From Diplonema japonicum (lineage: Eukaryota > Protista > Euglenozoa: Diplonemea), in contig OZ025660.1 of assembly GCA_964019335.1 (NCBI GenBank), positions 496,001 to 560,000 on the forward strand: DNA of 64,000 bases, written 5' to 3'. The notes beneath the pieces are model-generated. The model worked only from the letters and a program-made list of their open reading frames with translations. It was not told the origin of the DNA and made no database searches. Below are positions 22,229 through 34,684 of this stretch, one piece after another. A program made the position numbers and the translations under genes. Each line of letters begins with the position of its first letter. Position 1 is the stretch's first letter.

Positions 22229-23305
22229 TTAAATAACATGTTTCCTCCCTGACCCTTCCAACCACGGGTACCACAGAATGTTGATGGGCGACGATGCTAG
22301 CCCCCTGGGCAAGAAAGCAGGCCGGTTTTGCACCTGAGCACCCATCTTGTGAGAGTGGTGTTCAGAAAGAACAGCAGGAAGCAAGTTGACGAGACGGGAG
22401 ATTCTCTCTTCTTTGCTCGGGTGCGTCGAAAGAATGGAAGGGATGCTGGACTCCGCAGAAGAAATCAGTTCATGGGCAGATACAATAGTGGCAGGGGTTA
22501 TAGTGTAACCCGCGGCTACACAAAGGTGCAGGCCTATCTCATCTGCTTCTAGTTCATTCGATCGTGAGTATGACAGCTGCATGACACTTGTCGTCGAGCG
22601 AACAGGTGGCGAATCAGGGAAGAGGACAGATGATGCAACTGTTAAAAACGAACGCCAGATAAGCCGTTCAGTCCCGTGGTGTGCTATAGCATGGCCGATT
22701 TCATGTGCAACGAGTAAAGCTATTTTTTCCTCTGTGTCCATTCTGTCTATGAGGCCAGCGTGGACAGCCATGTTCCCTCCAGGGAAACAAAAAGCATTCG
22801 CAACTTGATTTTCCAATACAACAAACTTCCATTCCCACCCTAAGCAGTCTGCTAGCGTTTTGTCGCTTTCCTTCTCCCTGTCAATGGCGAGAAGTATTTT
22901 CGACAGTATCCGGTGTATCAACTGTGAGTACTGATGGTCTGTCGGGAGAACTGCTTCTTTAGCCACAGCGTCCTCGAGCAGCATTCCACCGAAAACTGCA
23001 TCTAAACTTCCAGGAAGCCGCAGGCCTCCTCTTCTATTTGTAAATGGTATCTTGTATCGAGCGACTTCCCATAGCGTCCATGCTCCCACTGCTCCGATAA
23101 AGCAAACCCAGTATTTAATCTGTCTGGCTCTGCTTAGATATGTCCTGCTGTAGTTCCCCATTGAGACTTGGTAGGGTACCGTGCGCTCCATCCTTGCGAA
23201 GTTTGACATGTCGGTGGACATGTCGAAGGTACGGAAGGTAGCCTGCTGTGATCCTAGTTTCTTTTTCAACCTTACCACCCGCCGGGGGCAGTTGGATCTT
23301 TGCAT
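22229..23305 (-). CDS. M48 metallopeptidase, OMA1-like
   Basis: NAFCFPGG, HEIGH zinc motif, YSRSNELEAD, LSTHP. Exact start is uncertain (possible short 5' intron). Confidence 0.88.
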   Translation of the reverse strand: MQRSNCPRRVVRLKKKLGSQQATFRTFDMSTDMSNFARMERTVPYQVSMGNYSRTYLSRARQIKYWVCFIGAVGAWTLWEVARYKIPFTNRRGGLRLPGSLDAVFGGMLLEDAVAKEAVLPTDHQYSQLIHRILSKILLAIDREKESDKTLADCLGWEWKFVVLENQVANAFCFPGGNMAVHAGLIDRMDTEEKIALLVAHEIGHAIAHHGTERLIWRSFLTVASSVLFPDSPPVRSTTSVMQLSYSRSNELEADEIGLHLCVAAGYTITPATIVSAHELISSAESSIPSILSTHPSKEERISRLVNLLPAVLSEHHSHKMGAQVQNRPAFLPRGLASSPINILWYPWLEGSGRKHVI

Positions 23306-23408
23306 TTTTTTCCCCCCCCTTTTCCCCTCCCCCTCCCTTGTTTTTTTGTTTTGAAAGAAATCAAGGGGGGGGGGGGGGGGGAAATGGGAGAAAAAAAATG
23401 AGTGAATA

Positions 23409-23441
<33 letters not shown>

Positions 23442-23571
23442 CATCACCAAGTTGACACGGAAACCTTCTCCACTTCGGCCTTCAATGTACTCCATTGAAT
23501 ATTCGCTACTACAACCAAGATGCAGCTCCCCCTACATTCGTAAGAGGCAGAAAACTGCTTTTTTTTATCCT

Positions 23572-23630
<59 letters not shown>

Positions 23631-24779
23631 AACGGCTGCAATGAACTCGTTTCACGACTCTCAATGATTGAACGCTCAGATTTTTTTTTTTCTTTTTTTT
23701 TTTCGACAATTGGTTTTTTTTGTATCCGGAGTAGAATGTTGGAAGGAGACCTCTCCCGGGAATTGAACAAAACGGGCTTATTTAAGGGAACTGTTCCTTC
23801 CATAGAAGTTTGTCACAAAGTGCCAGAAAGGGTGACGAAATCTTTTCTTAAAAAACTCCCTCAGAAGGGTTGGTTCTTGCGTAATTGGAAGATCTTTCGA
23901 ATTTTCCCAAAATCCCCTCTACTAATATCCCTCACAGCAAATACAGGATTGGCCAGACGGGCTTTAGAGGTATGGGTGTAAAAAAGAGAGAAGATTAGAA
24001 AGAAAATAAAAATAAAAAAAAAAGAAAAAGAGGGTGGGAAGGGAAACAGAGGAGGACGGGATAGACTTGCGACAGAGGCCAGTTTCATTCATAACGTTCC
24101 CCCTCTCTCCTTTCCCATCCCCTCTCTCTCTTTTTTTTTTGTTTACTTTTTTTTTTTTTTTTTTTTCTATCGTAGGGTATTTCTTTGGATGCAAAAAAAA
24201 AAAGAAGAAGAATAGAGAGAGCGAGAGATACCTACATCTGTGCACAGCAGCTGCTTAGCACAGTTTTTTTTTTTTTTTTTTTTTTTTTCGTTCTTCTTCT
24301 TTACCAATATACCAATTTCTTCATTGCTAACCCTCCCCCGAAGCTGACGGTTCTCTATAGAAAAAAGAAAGAAAAAAAAAAAAAGACAACAAAGAAGAAT
24401 AAAAAAAAAAATGAACACCGCATGTGTGGGGGGGGTGGAAAATGTTAGCAAGCCCAAGAAAAGAAAAGAGAGAAAAAAATCATCTTTATCGGTTGGTACT
24501 TAAAAAAAAAAGGCGATGTTTAAGGGCAAATCCCACTTGAGGACCACCCTTAGGGGGAGGGGTCTATCTTTTGATGCTACTTTTTTTTTGGAGCCTCGCT
24601 TTCGTTCCGATGGCGGATACCAGCGTCTTTCGCAGACGATTGATGCGGTCCCTCTTCAGGCTGGTCTTCTGTCATGGGTTTCCTTGATCGGTCTCCTTGC
24701 AAAGCCTATAGCTGCCTTCCCTCCTATGGTCATGAGGGACTTCACTTTCGTTTTAAAACAAACAAACAAAAAAACTTAC

Positions 24780-27700
24780 TCCTTGGCACCCATATCAATT
24801 TTAATATCGGCATCACCCAAAGTATTGTTAAAGGCCTCAGGATAATCTGTGTGTGAGTGTGTGTGTGTCATTTTACCCCTCTTTTTCATCTATCCCCATA
24901 CCCTCGACTAGCTCTTTCATCCTGTCTTGATATTCTTCGATTGTTCGATCGTCATCATCATCATCACCATCACCCCCCACATGGTTGTCACAGGCAACAC
25001 CTTCTTCATCTCCAGTTACATTCACCACAAGAGAAGGGCGGCCTATGGTGTCCGATGCGCGAGGTGCGTTAGCAAAGGCTCTGCCTCTGTCCCTCTTGCG
25101 TCTTCCTAAGGAACTTGCTGAAGAACCTTTAGAAGACCTTGTGGCAATGCCGTTCACATCGGCAATTTCTGCTTTTCCAGCACAAGAACTGCACAGGAAA
25201 AAATGCCCATCAGGACATGCCAAGTACCCTCTTGGGTCGTCCTCGAGGGGTGTGATGTGAACGCTTTCGAACTCCTCTTGTAGCCTGCGCTTGGACAGAC
25301 AACCATCGCCATGACACACCAGCACATGGTCATCGATAGTAGTCAACACGGTGTCTGCTTCACTGGGTTCCGTTGTGGGCGCGGAATCCAAGGCCACAGA
25401 AGGAAACGGCTGTACTTTTTCATACGGCCCTTTTGTTAAAATCAGCAGTTTTCTGCATATCGTCTCGCCAGTGCGGTGCTGGCAACGATGCGACCTTGGT
25501 ATATGAAGGAGCGGGTTCAGAACATTAGTCCTTCCCCGTTCCTCGAGAAGCGGGGGTCTAGGGACCAGTGTAAGAATGCCCGGCTTTCCCCATTCCAAGT
25601 GGTGCAGTGCCCACCTTGTCATCTCCACCCTGTCGAACTGCATGATGACCGACTCCACTGCCAACAGGATCTCATTGAATCCCTCTACTGCGTGCACGTT
25701 GTGCTGCCGCAGGATTTTTTCTGCCTCCGCAAAAACGCTGTCAATGGGGTCCTGCCAGTCATACGACTGCTCCTGCTCCATCGGGTTGTCCTCATGGTCC
25801 CCAACACCATTCTCAAAATACCCTATGCTAAACATCTTCTCTATTGCCAACCCGTTCTTCCTGGGCTGTCTGAAGATCAGAGCGGACAGCCTCTGGTACA
25901 TCTTCTCCCAGTTCTCGACGCCTTTGTACGACTCGTCCAACTTGTATCGCAGCAGCAGCAGGTACAGCTTGTCCATGCATTTCGGCACAGTCACATTCTA
26001 TTATTTTTTCCCCCCTTCGTCGTATTTGAGAACATACCCGTTCCTTTCTCATCTTCCTTAGTTTCTGCACAGCACCGTACTCGCTCCATTTGTACTGTTG
26101 TGGTTGAGTTCGAGGTCCCCATTCACAGTTTCCCATATACATACCCAATTCCATTCAAGCTGTTTTGCTTTGAAGTTTGCGTCTGCAGCAAGGTCATCGT
26201 GGTATTCTTGGGTTTTGATGAGTTCTTTCTCAAGCATGACCCAATCCACGAGCTTGTCGTCGGCGTCCTGCAGGTCTTGCAGGACCTCATCGAGTGCGAT
26301 TTGTTCTGTTGTCGAGATGGCTCTGCGTAGCCGCAGGAGTTCCGGGTCCTGCTGCAGCATCGAGGAGATCTCTGATGCAGGGACAGATGCACTCAGCGTC
26401 CCGTTCACGCGCACGAAGGCTGCCCGCACCACTTCACCGTTCTTCCCCGACCCTTTCCACAGCTCGCTGCACGGCACGTCTAGCAAGCTAGGCGGTACCA
26501 TCGATGCCACTGAGTATGTGGTCGAAACCTCTGATTTCTTCAAAGGGTTGCGCTTCATCCCCGTTCCTATCTTCTCTGCCTGCGTCTGGTGGATCGCAGC
26601 CTCCATGTACCTTGGTGACATGAACTGCTTTGACAGCACGTCCACATATTCATGCTTTTGGTCCTTCAACGCCAGCATTGGGTTGAAGGACACAGACAGC
26701 TCCAGCAGCGCGAGCCTGATGGCAGGATGGTCCTCGTGTCTGTCTTGTTTCTCCTTCTCCTGTGCTCTTTGGTACCCAGTCTGTGATATCTTCTCGCTGA
26801 CCCTCGCCGTGATGTTACCAATCATGCCGATGCCGCTGACCATCAGTAAGCAAGCGAGAAGCCTCCCCAACACATGCTTTGGTACCATGTCTCCGTAACC
26901 CACAGTGGTGGCCGTCACAAAACAGAACCACAGACAGTTCCAGTACGACCCGAAGACAGGCTGCTCGTCTTGCTCCACAACCTTGAGCACAATGGCAACA
27001 GCGACAAGCAGCACAACAACGATGATAGGAAGCAGCCAGTTGCTGTGGTTAAGAACCAGCGATAAGTAAGCGGACTGGTTGGTGACCTTGCGGTACAAGC
27101 GCATCACTCTGAACACCTTGAGGATTCTTATGGTACGGAGTAAACGGGCAATGACCAGCACGTTGAGGCTGGACGTGTTGGTGAGGCCGGGGATGTCGCA
27201 GAGCAGCGAGGGGAAGTCGAACCAGTTCTCGATGAAGAACGCCTTGAACGTGAGGTTTGGGTTGTCGCGATAAACCCACCGGAAGATCAGGTCGATGGCG
27301 AAGATCATAGCGGTGTAGACGTCGATCCATGTGAAGATGACGATAAGCCGTGTGGACATGTGCTCTGTCTCCCAAAGGGGGATGATCACGAGCATCACAG
27401 ACAGAACCGTTAGCAGCAATAGAAAAATCTGCACCGCCGTCTCCACCTTCCTGTAGGTCCCCACCTTGTCACGGATGGCCATGTACTCCTCTAGCTCGCC
27501 GTATAGCTTGCTGTTTGAACCCATGTTCTCGTCCACTATTTGGAAGATGCGCTCGTCAGTCTCTTCAGAAGAGCTTGAAGGTGCCTCCGACATGTGGCCT
27601 TGCTCCATTACATATGCACGCGCACGCCCAATGGCCATTGTGATCACGAAAGTGACGAGAGTGATGCCACCCCATATCATCCACATGATGGGTGTGTCCG

Positions 27701-29258
27701 CAAGACACGATGAAGGGTTTATGAAGATATCGTTTGTGCAGCTTCCGTACACAGTGATGAGGTCCGCTTTGTCCGGCTCACCGTCGTTGTCACTGTCCCA
27801 TGCGAACTCCGTGAACAAGGGGAACCTGTCCTGCCTGTCGAAGAGGCCATCGTTGTCCTTGTCAAGGTCCATCCTCTCAAGCGTGTCGCTCCCCTTCACA
27901 TGCAGGACCACCTGGTCAAGGAACCCTCCCATCATGTCTATTGCCTCCAACGCGCTTCTATTCATGTTATACGCAGTAGTCATGTTGCATGTGTAGTTGT
28001 GCAGGGCAACCGGCAGCCCGGCTTCCAAGACCTCGTCGACCTGCATGCGATGCAACAGGACGCTGCTGCCCTCTTTGAAGATGACGCCGTTTGTGACACC
28101 GCAGTGCAACTCAATACTGTCGTCTGATATATAAAGATCAACCCGTTTTGCGTCAATCGTAAAGCTGCTAAGCAAGGTACCACCTGTAGGCGCGGCTACC
28201 GTGTAGAAAACGTGAGGCCCGCCACCCACCAGACCAGTGAGGATACCGTCTTCAACAGGGAAGTATGTCGTGCTATGTATGGGGAAGGTTTCAAGCACAA
28301 GAATGGGAGGAGCCTGCTTGCCAAGAAAAGTTGAGAGGAGGAAAGGGTACGCCATGTCGGGTGTGGAGGAAGGGTCGTACCCTAGCGCGGTAAGATCCCC
28401 CTGGGAATGGATTGTCTCGACAGGGCTGTCTGTCTCCACCCATGCAAACCCGCACCCGTCCCCATTCCCCATTTCCCAAGCTTCTGTGTGGAACATGTTC
28501 ATATGAACCCCCTCATAGCGGTACTCTGCACCGGTTTCGATGTCATACGAGATGACTCTAGCTGTTTTTGTATGGCTGACTTCAACGAAGACAAGCCGGC
28601 CTCTACACAATGCAGGGGACAGCCTGTGGGCGACACTATCAGGCTTCGATGGTAATTCTTGTTTTCTCCAAAACACAGCAGGCGTGCCCAGCGTTTTAGT
28701 GTACACGATAACGTCCCAGAACCCGTTGAGAAAATCTACCCAAGCGACGGTGACACCGTCGGTGGTGACATGCCGTGCTGACTCGGACTGGTAGGTGATA
28801 GGAATGGTTAAGATATCAGTGCTGTACCGTTGGTAAGCTTTCCATTGGTTTACCGACGACCATGAGAAGAACGAGGCTGCAGGGGATGGGGTGGTTGCTC
28901 GTTGAAAATCGTTCTTCGGAAGGAACAAGATGTGCGGGTCGCCAAGGATCGCGACCTTCACGAACGTCGCATTGTCAACGCCTTCTATCTCATCCACATA
29001 AGCGATGATGTCATTGGCATATGCCACCTCGTGGGTTTTGACAAATGGGACACCCGAAGCAAGCATCTTCGTCTCTCGCCTCAACCTTGCAGTCTCCATT
29101 GTGTACGGGTTGGCATCGCCTTTATCTAAATCTAAATAATCCCAGTCCTCTACCAATGCGTCACAACGCGCCTCTGTCATGTGCGAGACACCCTTGCATG
29201 GTAAAGGGGATAATGTGACCAACAAGAATGCCAATATACGACATACTGTCCTTGTCAT
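24780..29258 (-). CDS. Voltage-gated-type K+ channel with a large signal-peptide-led ectodomain and long C-terminal tail (two track ORFs joined; 3' end unresolved)
   Basis: TTVGYGD filter; S4 RLLRTIRILKVFRVMR. Introns 26095-26144 and 25998-26037 join 26058..29258 to 24873..25994 in frame (WNW|YKWSE...KER|NVTVPKC). A further intron at 24847-24901 and a donor near 24780; the last exon is not resolved. Confidence 0.8.
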
Positions 29259-29530
29259 ATCTCATTTAGGGAAGCATCCTTTTTTTTTTTTTTTTTTTTT
29301 TTTGTTTTGTTTCGTGGAGTGATATTGAGATGGTAATTTTTTTTAAAAAAAAAAAAAAGAATTGCGGGAAAGAAATAAAGAAACAAGAAAAAAAAAAACT
29401 TTTTTTTTTGACAAAGCCAGAAGAGGAGAAGAAGAAGAAAAAGAAAAAGAAGAAAAGAAAGGCTGGGTATTTTTTATGGAAATTAATGGGGGAAAGAAGA
29501 AAGGATACATTGTGAGCGCAAAAGGTAACG

Positions 29531-29562
<32 letters not shown>

Positions 29563-30172
29563 AAGTTGCGCAAGATAAACGCAAATGCTTGTTGCCTCGA
29601 TTTAGAACTTTTTTTTTTTTAAATGGACGTGGACTCGGGGTGTCTGATACAAAGAAGTCTTTGAAGGGAACCTGCAGTATGTGACAGGATCGCCTAACGA
29701 CAGTCAGCTCATCTAGTGTTTGAAAAGATTATTTTGTAACGCATAGCTCCTTTTTTTCCCCCCTCTTTTTTCTTTCGTTTTTATTTTTCCTCTTTTTTTT
29801 TTTGACAATTACAATAACAAGTATTTTCTGCTCACCAAGAAAAAAAAGGGGGGGGGGAGAGTGAAGAGAGGTGGAGAATGCTAGCCATATCATCCCTCAA
29901 AAAATAAGAAACCAGATTGGTAACCGTCTGGTACCACAATTAAAGGCCGCTTTTACAAAGACCAGCCAAGAGTCAACGCCACAAGGGTGTAAGCTTTATT
30001 AATTTATGATTTTCGTTCATTCGGGCGTTTGGTGCCTTATCCCTTTTTGCCTCACGGCAGGGGAAGGGGCATTTTTCCGGAAGGTCTCTTACCATCGGAT
30101 GCCGTTTAGAGTCGAACCCAAGACTAAGAAAGAAAACTCAATATGGGGAAGAAGTGCTGGTAATTCATCACC

Positions 30173-30205
<33 letters not shown>

Positions 30206-32627
30206 GAATGACTTCTCAGAAGAGAGATAAAGTAACCCGTAAAATATAATAAAAAATTTTAAAGCCGTTCCTCTCAGGTTAACTGGGGTACTTCAAATAA
30301 CCCGGCGTGGCTCTATTCTCTTTCTCTTTTCTATTTACTCGAGACGAGCCATTCCCTGGGGGGAATGGAGGGTGAGAATTTAACAGTAGACCCCCTGGCC
30401 CTGGAGGTAAATGTATCCCACTTTCTGAAAAAAAAGCAACAGGGGAGGGAGGGTTTAATAGACCTTTTTTTCGTGTATATGGCTTTCTTCCTGGGGGGGT
30501 GGTGGTAGAGAAAAAAACAGAAAAAAAAACAAAAAAAAAACAAACTCTCTCCCTTTACACCTCTTTCAAGAAGATACATGAGGTGTACTCAAACGAATTT
30601 AGAAAAAAAAAGAAAAAAAGAAAAGAAAAAAGGGGGGGATGAGATAAAGGAGGTTCCTGTCTTGGAACGTCCCCCTTGTCTCTACTTATCTTCTCTGATG
30701 CAAAAACTGGCCTTCTGTTCTTCGCACCTATGGTTCTAAGCGCGTGGTTCTTCTGGCTCTCCGCCGGGAAGATCCGCTTGCCTCTGACCTTCTTCTGTAT
30801 GCGTGCTGTGTCCCACCCTTCTTGGATTCTCTCCAGGATGCCGTGGAAACTCCGTGCCTTCTTCTGTACCATGGCTAGATCACCCTTCTTGATCGGCTCG
30901 ATGGTGACAAGAGTGGGGAAAAAAAAAAGAAATATGGCGGGTAAGAGGACTTTGGAATCGAAATGTTTGCAAAGCTCCACTTCTTTTTTTTTTCTTTTTT
31001 TTTTTTCTCTTCTTTTTCTATATTCTTCCCGGGGTCTGTAGAGGGTTATGAATTATATCTAGGAAGCTGCTAACAGTGACCTTGTGAAGAAAGAAGGGCT
31101 TATTTTTTATATATTTCTTGCAAAAATATATAAAAGAGAATAAAAAAGTAATAATAATAATAATCATCATCACGGCATCACAGCCCCATTAACCACTAAC
31201 GCTCGATATCTCGATATCTCTAAAGCTTGCTCAGCAAAGTCCGTAATGCTCAAGGGCACAAAAGGGGGAATTTGGGATAGGAGAATCCTATGCAAATAAC
31301 CCCTAAACGCCCGGAGCCTATCTACGGTACCCCCCCATTTTCGTTGTTGCTTTGAATACTCAAAAAAAGGGCAGCATGCAACCATAGGAAGGTGCAAGGA
31401 AAGGGTAAACGGTACTAAAATTTTCAATTCCAGGTGCCAGATTCAGATGAGAACACTTAACTATGTGTGTAAGAGGGGGGTTGAGGGGGTACTTTTTATG
31501 CCCGATTTTGGGGGGTCTTGTCGTGGGGCCTCATCGTCTTTTTCTTCTTTATCTGACCAGTCGGGGGAGACTCACGTTTTCGCTGCTATTTTGACCATCT
31601 GATTTCATTTTAAGCCAACCCTGCCGGTTTCAATTAAAACAAAACTTTTAACGCAAAATGTAGTTCCAAGGCAAAATAAACGCGCAACAATGCCATATTT
31701 TGAAGTCCAGGGGCCGTGTTCAAAAAAAAGTACAGCGAAAAAGAAAATTTTGAAATAAGGACAAAAACGTCCGCGCGGGCGTTTAGGGGATAACCAAAAA
31801 TTCAAAAATTCAAAAAAGAAAAAAAAAAAAAGAAAAAAACTAAGAAAAGCTCGATCTATTTTTGCGGCGGCGTACTGGTTGGTCCCTATCGTGGACTGGG
31901 TATCCTAAATTTAAAAAAAAAAAAAAAAAGAAAAAAAGCTAGACCGCGTTCACACGGATCAAGGACTTTCGCCGATTTGAGGTCATCCCGCCACTATTTT
32001 TTTTGAAAATAATAGCAATTTTTCGCCGTCCTCCTACGGAAGGACGGTCAACAACTGGTTTTAGATATGAGGCGTAACTTCTAGGAGTTAAGAAAAGGGC
32101 CCGTGCGCACTGTCTTTCTTTTTTTTTCTCCTTTTATTCTTTTGCATCGTGTATCCCCCTCTTTTTTATTTTTATTTCTATTTCAAAACACATTCACGCA
32201 AAAGAGAGAAAAAAAGAAGAAAAAAACCAAAACGAACAAAAAAAAAACAGGGAAACTTGGGGCGGATTGTGCCCTCCCTTTTTATTTTTTATCGTGATCT
32301 TGCTTTAAAAAGGGGGGAGGGGGGGGGATAAAGAAGAAAGAGAAGAAGAAGAAAAAATCCCCCTCCCCCCGCCCTTTTTGTTTTCGGTCTTCTTTGCTCG
32401 GAAAAAAACTCGTTTTTTTTTTTGTATCATTTGGATTTTACAGCCCCCAAAGTCAATCTCGTTATAAAACGAACTCATATGGAAACACCCCCCCCCCTCA
32501 ACTATTTACTTAAGAAGAGACTGCTTTCGTCTCTCGAGGGTCGATCCACGCATTTCACGAGTAGTAGACAGGCGCCGTTTTTGCAAATCAGCCTTTTCGG
32601 GTTCGTAGCTGTGATGTAATGTTTATT

Positions 32628-33128
32628 TTATCCCCTCCCTTGCCCGTTTCCATACACAGCGGACTTCCCTTGCACTATCTGCACAGCACTCTCGTCGGAC
32701 GAAGTGATGTCAGAAGCTGACTCCCATTCGATGGTCTGTGGTGCCTCTGAAATGGTCTGCGCTGTGGTAGACCGTGGGGAGGCATCGTCGAACAGTCCTG
32801 CAGCAATGAGCTTCTTGACCCTAGTGATGGACCCGTGCTGGCTTGGTGTCTTCCAACAGGCCTCCACGTTGGCCTTCTGCACCCGGTGCCACGTCGTGAA
32901 CGCTTTTTGAAACTTCGAGTATGTCGCTAGCAGAACGTCAAGCTTCTGCTCCAACAACTGCCGTGCCCGCCCGTCAGTCGCCGGCCCTATCACACTGCTC
33001 GCAGGGCTCACACTTGGGCTCCTGTCACTCCGTGCCACCTCCTTCCCTTCCGCTGTATGTACTTTTTTTGTAGGCCGCTCATTCGTCAGCAGCTTTCCCT
33101 CCACAGGCTTCGCGCCGCAGCAACCCAT
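32628..33128 (-). CDS. Small protein with dual-acylation N-terminus (MGCCG), function unknown
   Basis: MGCCGAKP start downstream of an AG-containing spacer. The upstream part of the track ORF is an alternative frame of the neighbouring RD repeat. Confidence 0.65.
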   Translation of the reverse strand: MGCCGAKPVEGKLLTNERPTKKVHTAEGKEVARSDRSPSVSPASSVIGPATDGRARQLLEQKLDVLLATYSKFQKAFTTWHRVQKANVEACWKTPSQHGSITRVKKLIAAGLFDDASPRSTTAQTISEAPQTIEWESASDITSSDESAVQIVQGKSAVYGNGQGRG

Positions 33129-33186
33129 GTTTCCCTGTTTTGTTGTTCGATCTGAAAGATAGATGGAATAATATGTGTTAATGATC

Positions 33187-34503
33187 CTATTCCCGCGAGG
33201 AGGACCCAGATGACGAGGAGGAGGATGAGCTCGAGGTGCTTGATGAGCGCTGTCTCCGCGCGCGTCTTCTGTCCCTGTCACTCCTGTCCCTGTCATTCCT
33301 GTCCCTGTCTCTCCTGTCCCTGTCATTCCTGTTCCTGTCTCTATCCCTTTCCCTTCTGTCTCTGTCATCATCCCTGTTTCTGTAGTCGCTTCTTCGACTT
33401 TTTTCGTTAGTTTCATTTCTTCTACCCCCCCTCCTGTCCTCCCTGTCTCTGTCTCTATTCCTGTCGTTTCTCCAGTTTCTATCCCTGTCCCGATCACGGT
33501 CGCTGTCTCTGTTCCTTCGCTGACTGTTTTGTGTTGGTTGCATCACGCGAGCATACCTCTGTGCCTTCCTCTTGATCATGTCCAGAACCTCTTCGCGGGA
33601 TGTCTTAGTTTCCTTCTCCGGTGCCCTTCGCGTGTCCACCTTCTGCGAGGGTGCCGACTCGATCAGCGTCTGCACGTCCTTCTTCGCCACCATGCGCACC
33701 ACCATGTTCTCCCGCTTGATGGTGTCCTCCTGTCTGATGGATTCCTCCAACTCACGCTTCTTTTTTTGCTTCTGTCGCTTCTCGTTTAGTTGGCTGTAGG
33801 CGGCTTCTGTTTCAAGGCGACCAACTTCGAGAAGGCGCTGTGCCTCCCACGTGACAGGGTCGAGGTTGTGGGGGGACTGGTCGAGGGCGGCCTTGCGTGC
33901 TTGAACGTATAGCTTCGCCGCAGTGGCGGAGGCAGTAGCAATGGCCTCACTGGGGTTGTCCAGCGTTAGCAACTTCTTTGTGATGTCTTCTTCTTGCTTG
34001 TGAGCTGTGTATGCGAGAGTGCGTATCTCTGGCGGTGGCTCGGGGCATGCTGGGAGCTCTGCATTGTCTTCGAAGTCGCTGATGTCGTCGTCGTATGTGC
34101 CCACCTGCAGCGGTGCAGCTACCGGTTTGTCGTTCGGGGAGGGGGGACGCTCCCCCTTCAGCTCCATTGCCTTCTTCACAGATATCTTCTTTATAACGCC
34201 TTTCCGTTTCTCCTGACTCGGCAAGATCGCAGCCAGTTCTTCATCTTCCTCCTCGATCACCTCGTACCCCTCAATGCACTCTCCATTTACAACTAGCACA
34301 CCCAACTCGCATTTGTAGTCGAATGTCTCCATCCCAAAGGGACGCAGCGTTTCGGGTTCGCTGATCATCTTGCCACCCCCCTCCTGTGCGTCTCTTTATA
34401 ACATTGTTATTGGTTCCCAGTGATGGAATACGGCATCGTTTTGTAAGTCCTCCAGACATGAGATATTGGCAAAGCCATCTGGAGGCATCTCATGGTGGTG
34501 CAT
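33187..34503 (-). CDS. RD/RS-rich nuclear, splicing-factor-like protein; 2 exons
   Basis: Exon 1 MHHHEMPPDG...NDA, intron 34384-34431 (GT-AG), then coiled coil and C-terminal RDRDR and poly-Ser tail. Confidence 0.7.
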
Positions 34504-34684
34504 TGCCACGGCGTTGTGCTAGAATATCTTTTTTTGAAATTTCTGTTTGCTGGGCCAAAAATGGTCCGGCCATGGATAAAATAAAAGGTGTTCAGTTTCC
34601 TTGGATCGCAACCATGTCCTTTGTGTTGCCGAAAGTAGGCTCAATAAAAGATCGTTAGCACTCTCCTTCAATGAGAAGTCCTTT

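Noticed and set aside
14300-24500. Many poly-Lys/poly-Phe ORFs in the spacers
   Set aside because: Translations of A/T homopolymer tracts.
4297-26154. Programmed frameshifts, stop readthrough or non-canonical introns to explain split ORFs
   Set aside because: Each break examined is resolved by an ordinary GT-AG intron; only the channel's last junction near 24780 is unresolved.
30555-30980. Basic 141-aa minus-strand ORF as a gene or element remnant
   Set aside because: About 80 protein-like codons but no clear start, splice structure or motif; left uncalled.
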